DNA from: Felis catus
Lineage: Eukaryota
Direction: 5' to 3'
DNA length: 64,000 nt
NCBI RefSeq assembly: GCF_018350175.1
Contig: NC_058368.1
Span: 13,206,001 to 13,270,000 of the forward strand
Made by a program: the position numbers and the translations under genes. The notes beneath the pieces were generated by a model. It had not been told where the DNA came from. It saw only the letters and a program-made list of their open reading frames with translations, and did not search any database. Below, piece by piece: positions 63,710-64,000 of the stretch. The first letter of the stretch is position 1. Each line of letters begins with the position of its first letter.

Positions 63710-64000
63710 TACATATGTAGACATGTGTTTGTACACAGATATAAATGTCTATTTTAAAATACATAATTTTGTATTTTATATACATTATATTTATCTATTT
63801 ATATTTACCTATATAAACATAGAGAGTGAGAAGGAAAATGATAATGCACATATAATAAGTGTTAACATTTTGGTACTCTAGTTTAAAAGTATACAAGATA
63901 ATTCTTTGTACTAACTTTCCAACTTTCCTATAATTCTGAAATTATTTGAGAAAAAATTTTTTTTAAATAGGGCTTTATTTTCCCCCTCTTGGTTGTTGGT

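Noticed and set aside
1..64000. Inferring a host gene strand from repeat orientation
   Set aside because: Long L1s are mostly minus while most LTRs are plus, giving conflicting signals; intronic versus intergenic cannot be decided.

Overview
Non-coding mammalian genomic DNA. The carnivore-specific tRNA-derived CanSINEs, several of the young felid SINEC_Fc type, point to a cat or other felid. I found no recognisable protein-coding gene, RNA gene or CRISPR array. The ORF-track entries I could assign are SINE read-throughs, microsatellites or L1 ORF2 fragments; the rest resemble nothing I recognise. Much of the window is transposon-derived: about 20 CanSINEs (many with readable target-site duplications, TSDs), a decayed ERV-L pol/dUTPase remnant at the left end, several solo LTRs, young and old L1s (including a nearly full-length old L1 at ~52.9-60.5 kb carrying five younger insertions), L2, MIR and DNA-transposon MITEs. 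I do not see evidence of a novel biological system. The best second-look items are mutational signatures (a double fold-back at 52.15-52.26 kb, a three-SINE stack at 19.2-19.8 kb, a 23-bp SINE remnant, templated-insertion scars in L1s), one candidate 102-nt exon and a few motif-level regulatory candidates. Repeat subfamily names come from my memory of consensus sequences, not from a search, and boundaries of old repeats are approximate.
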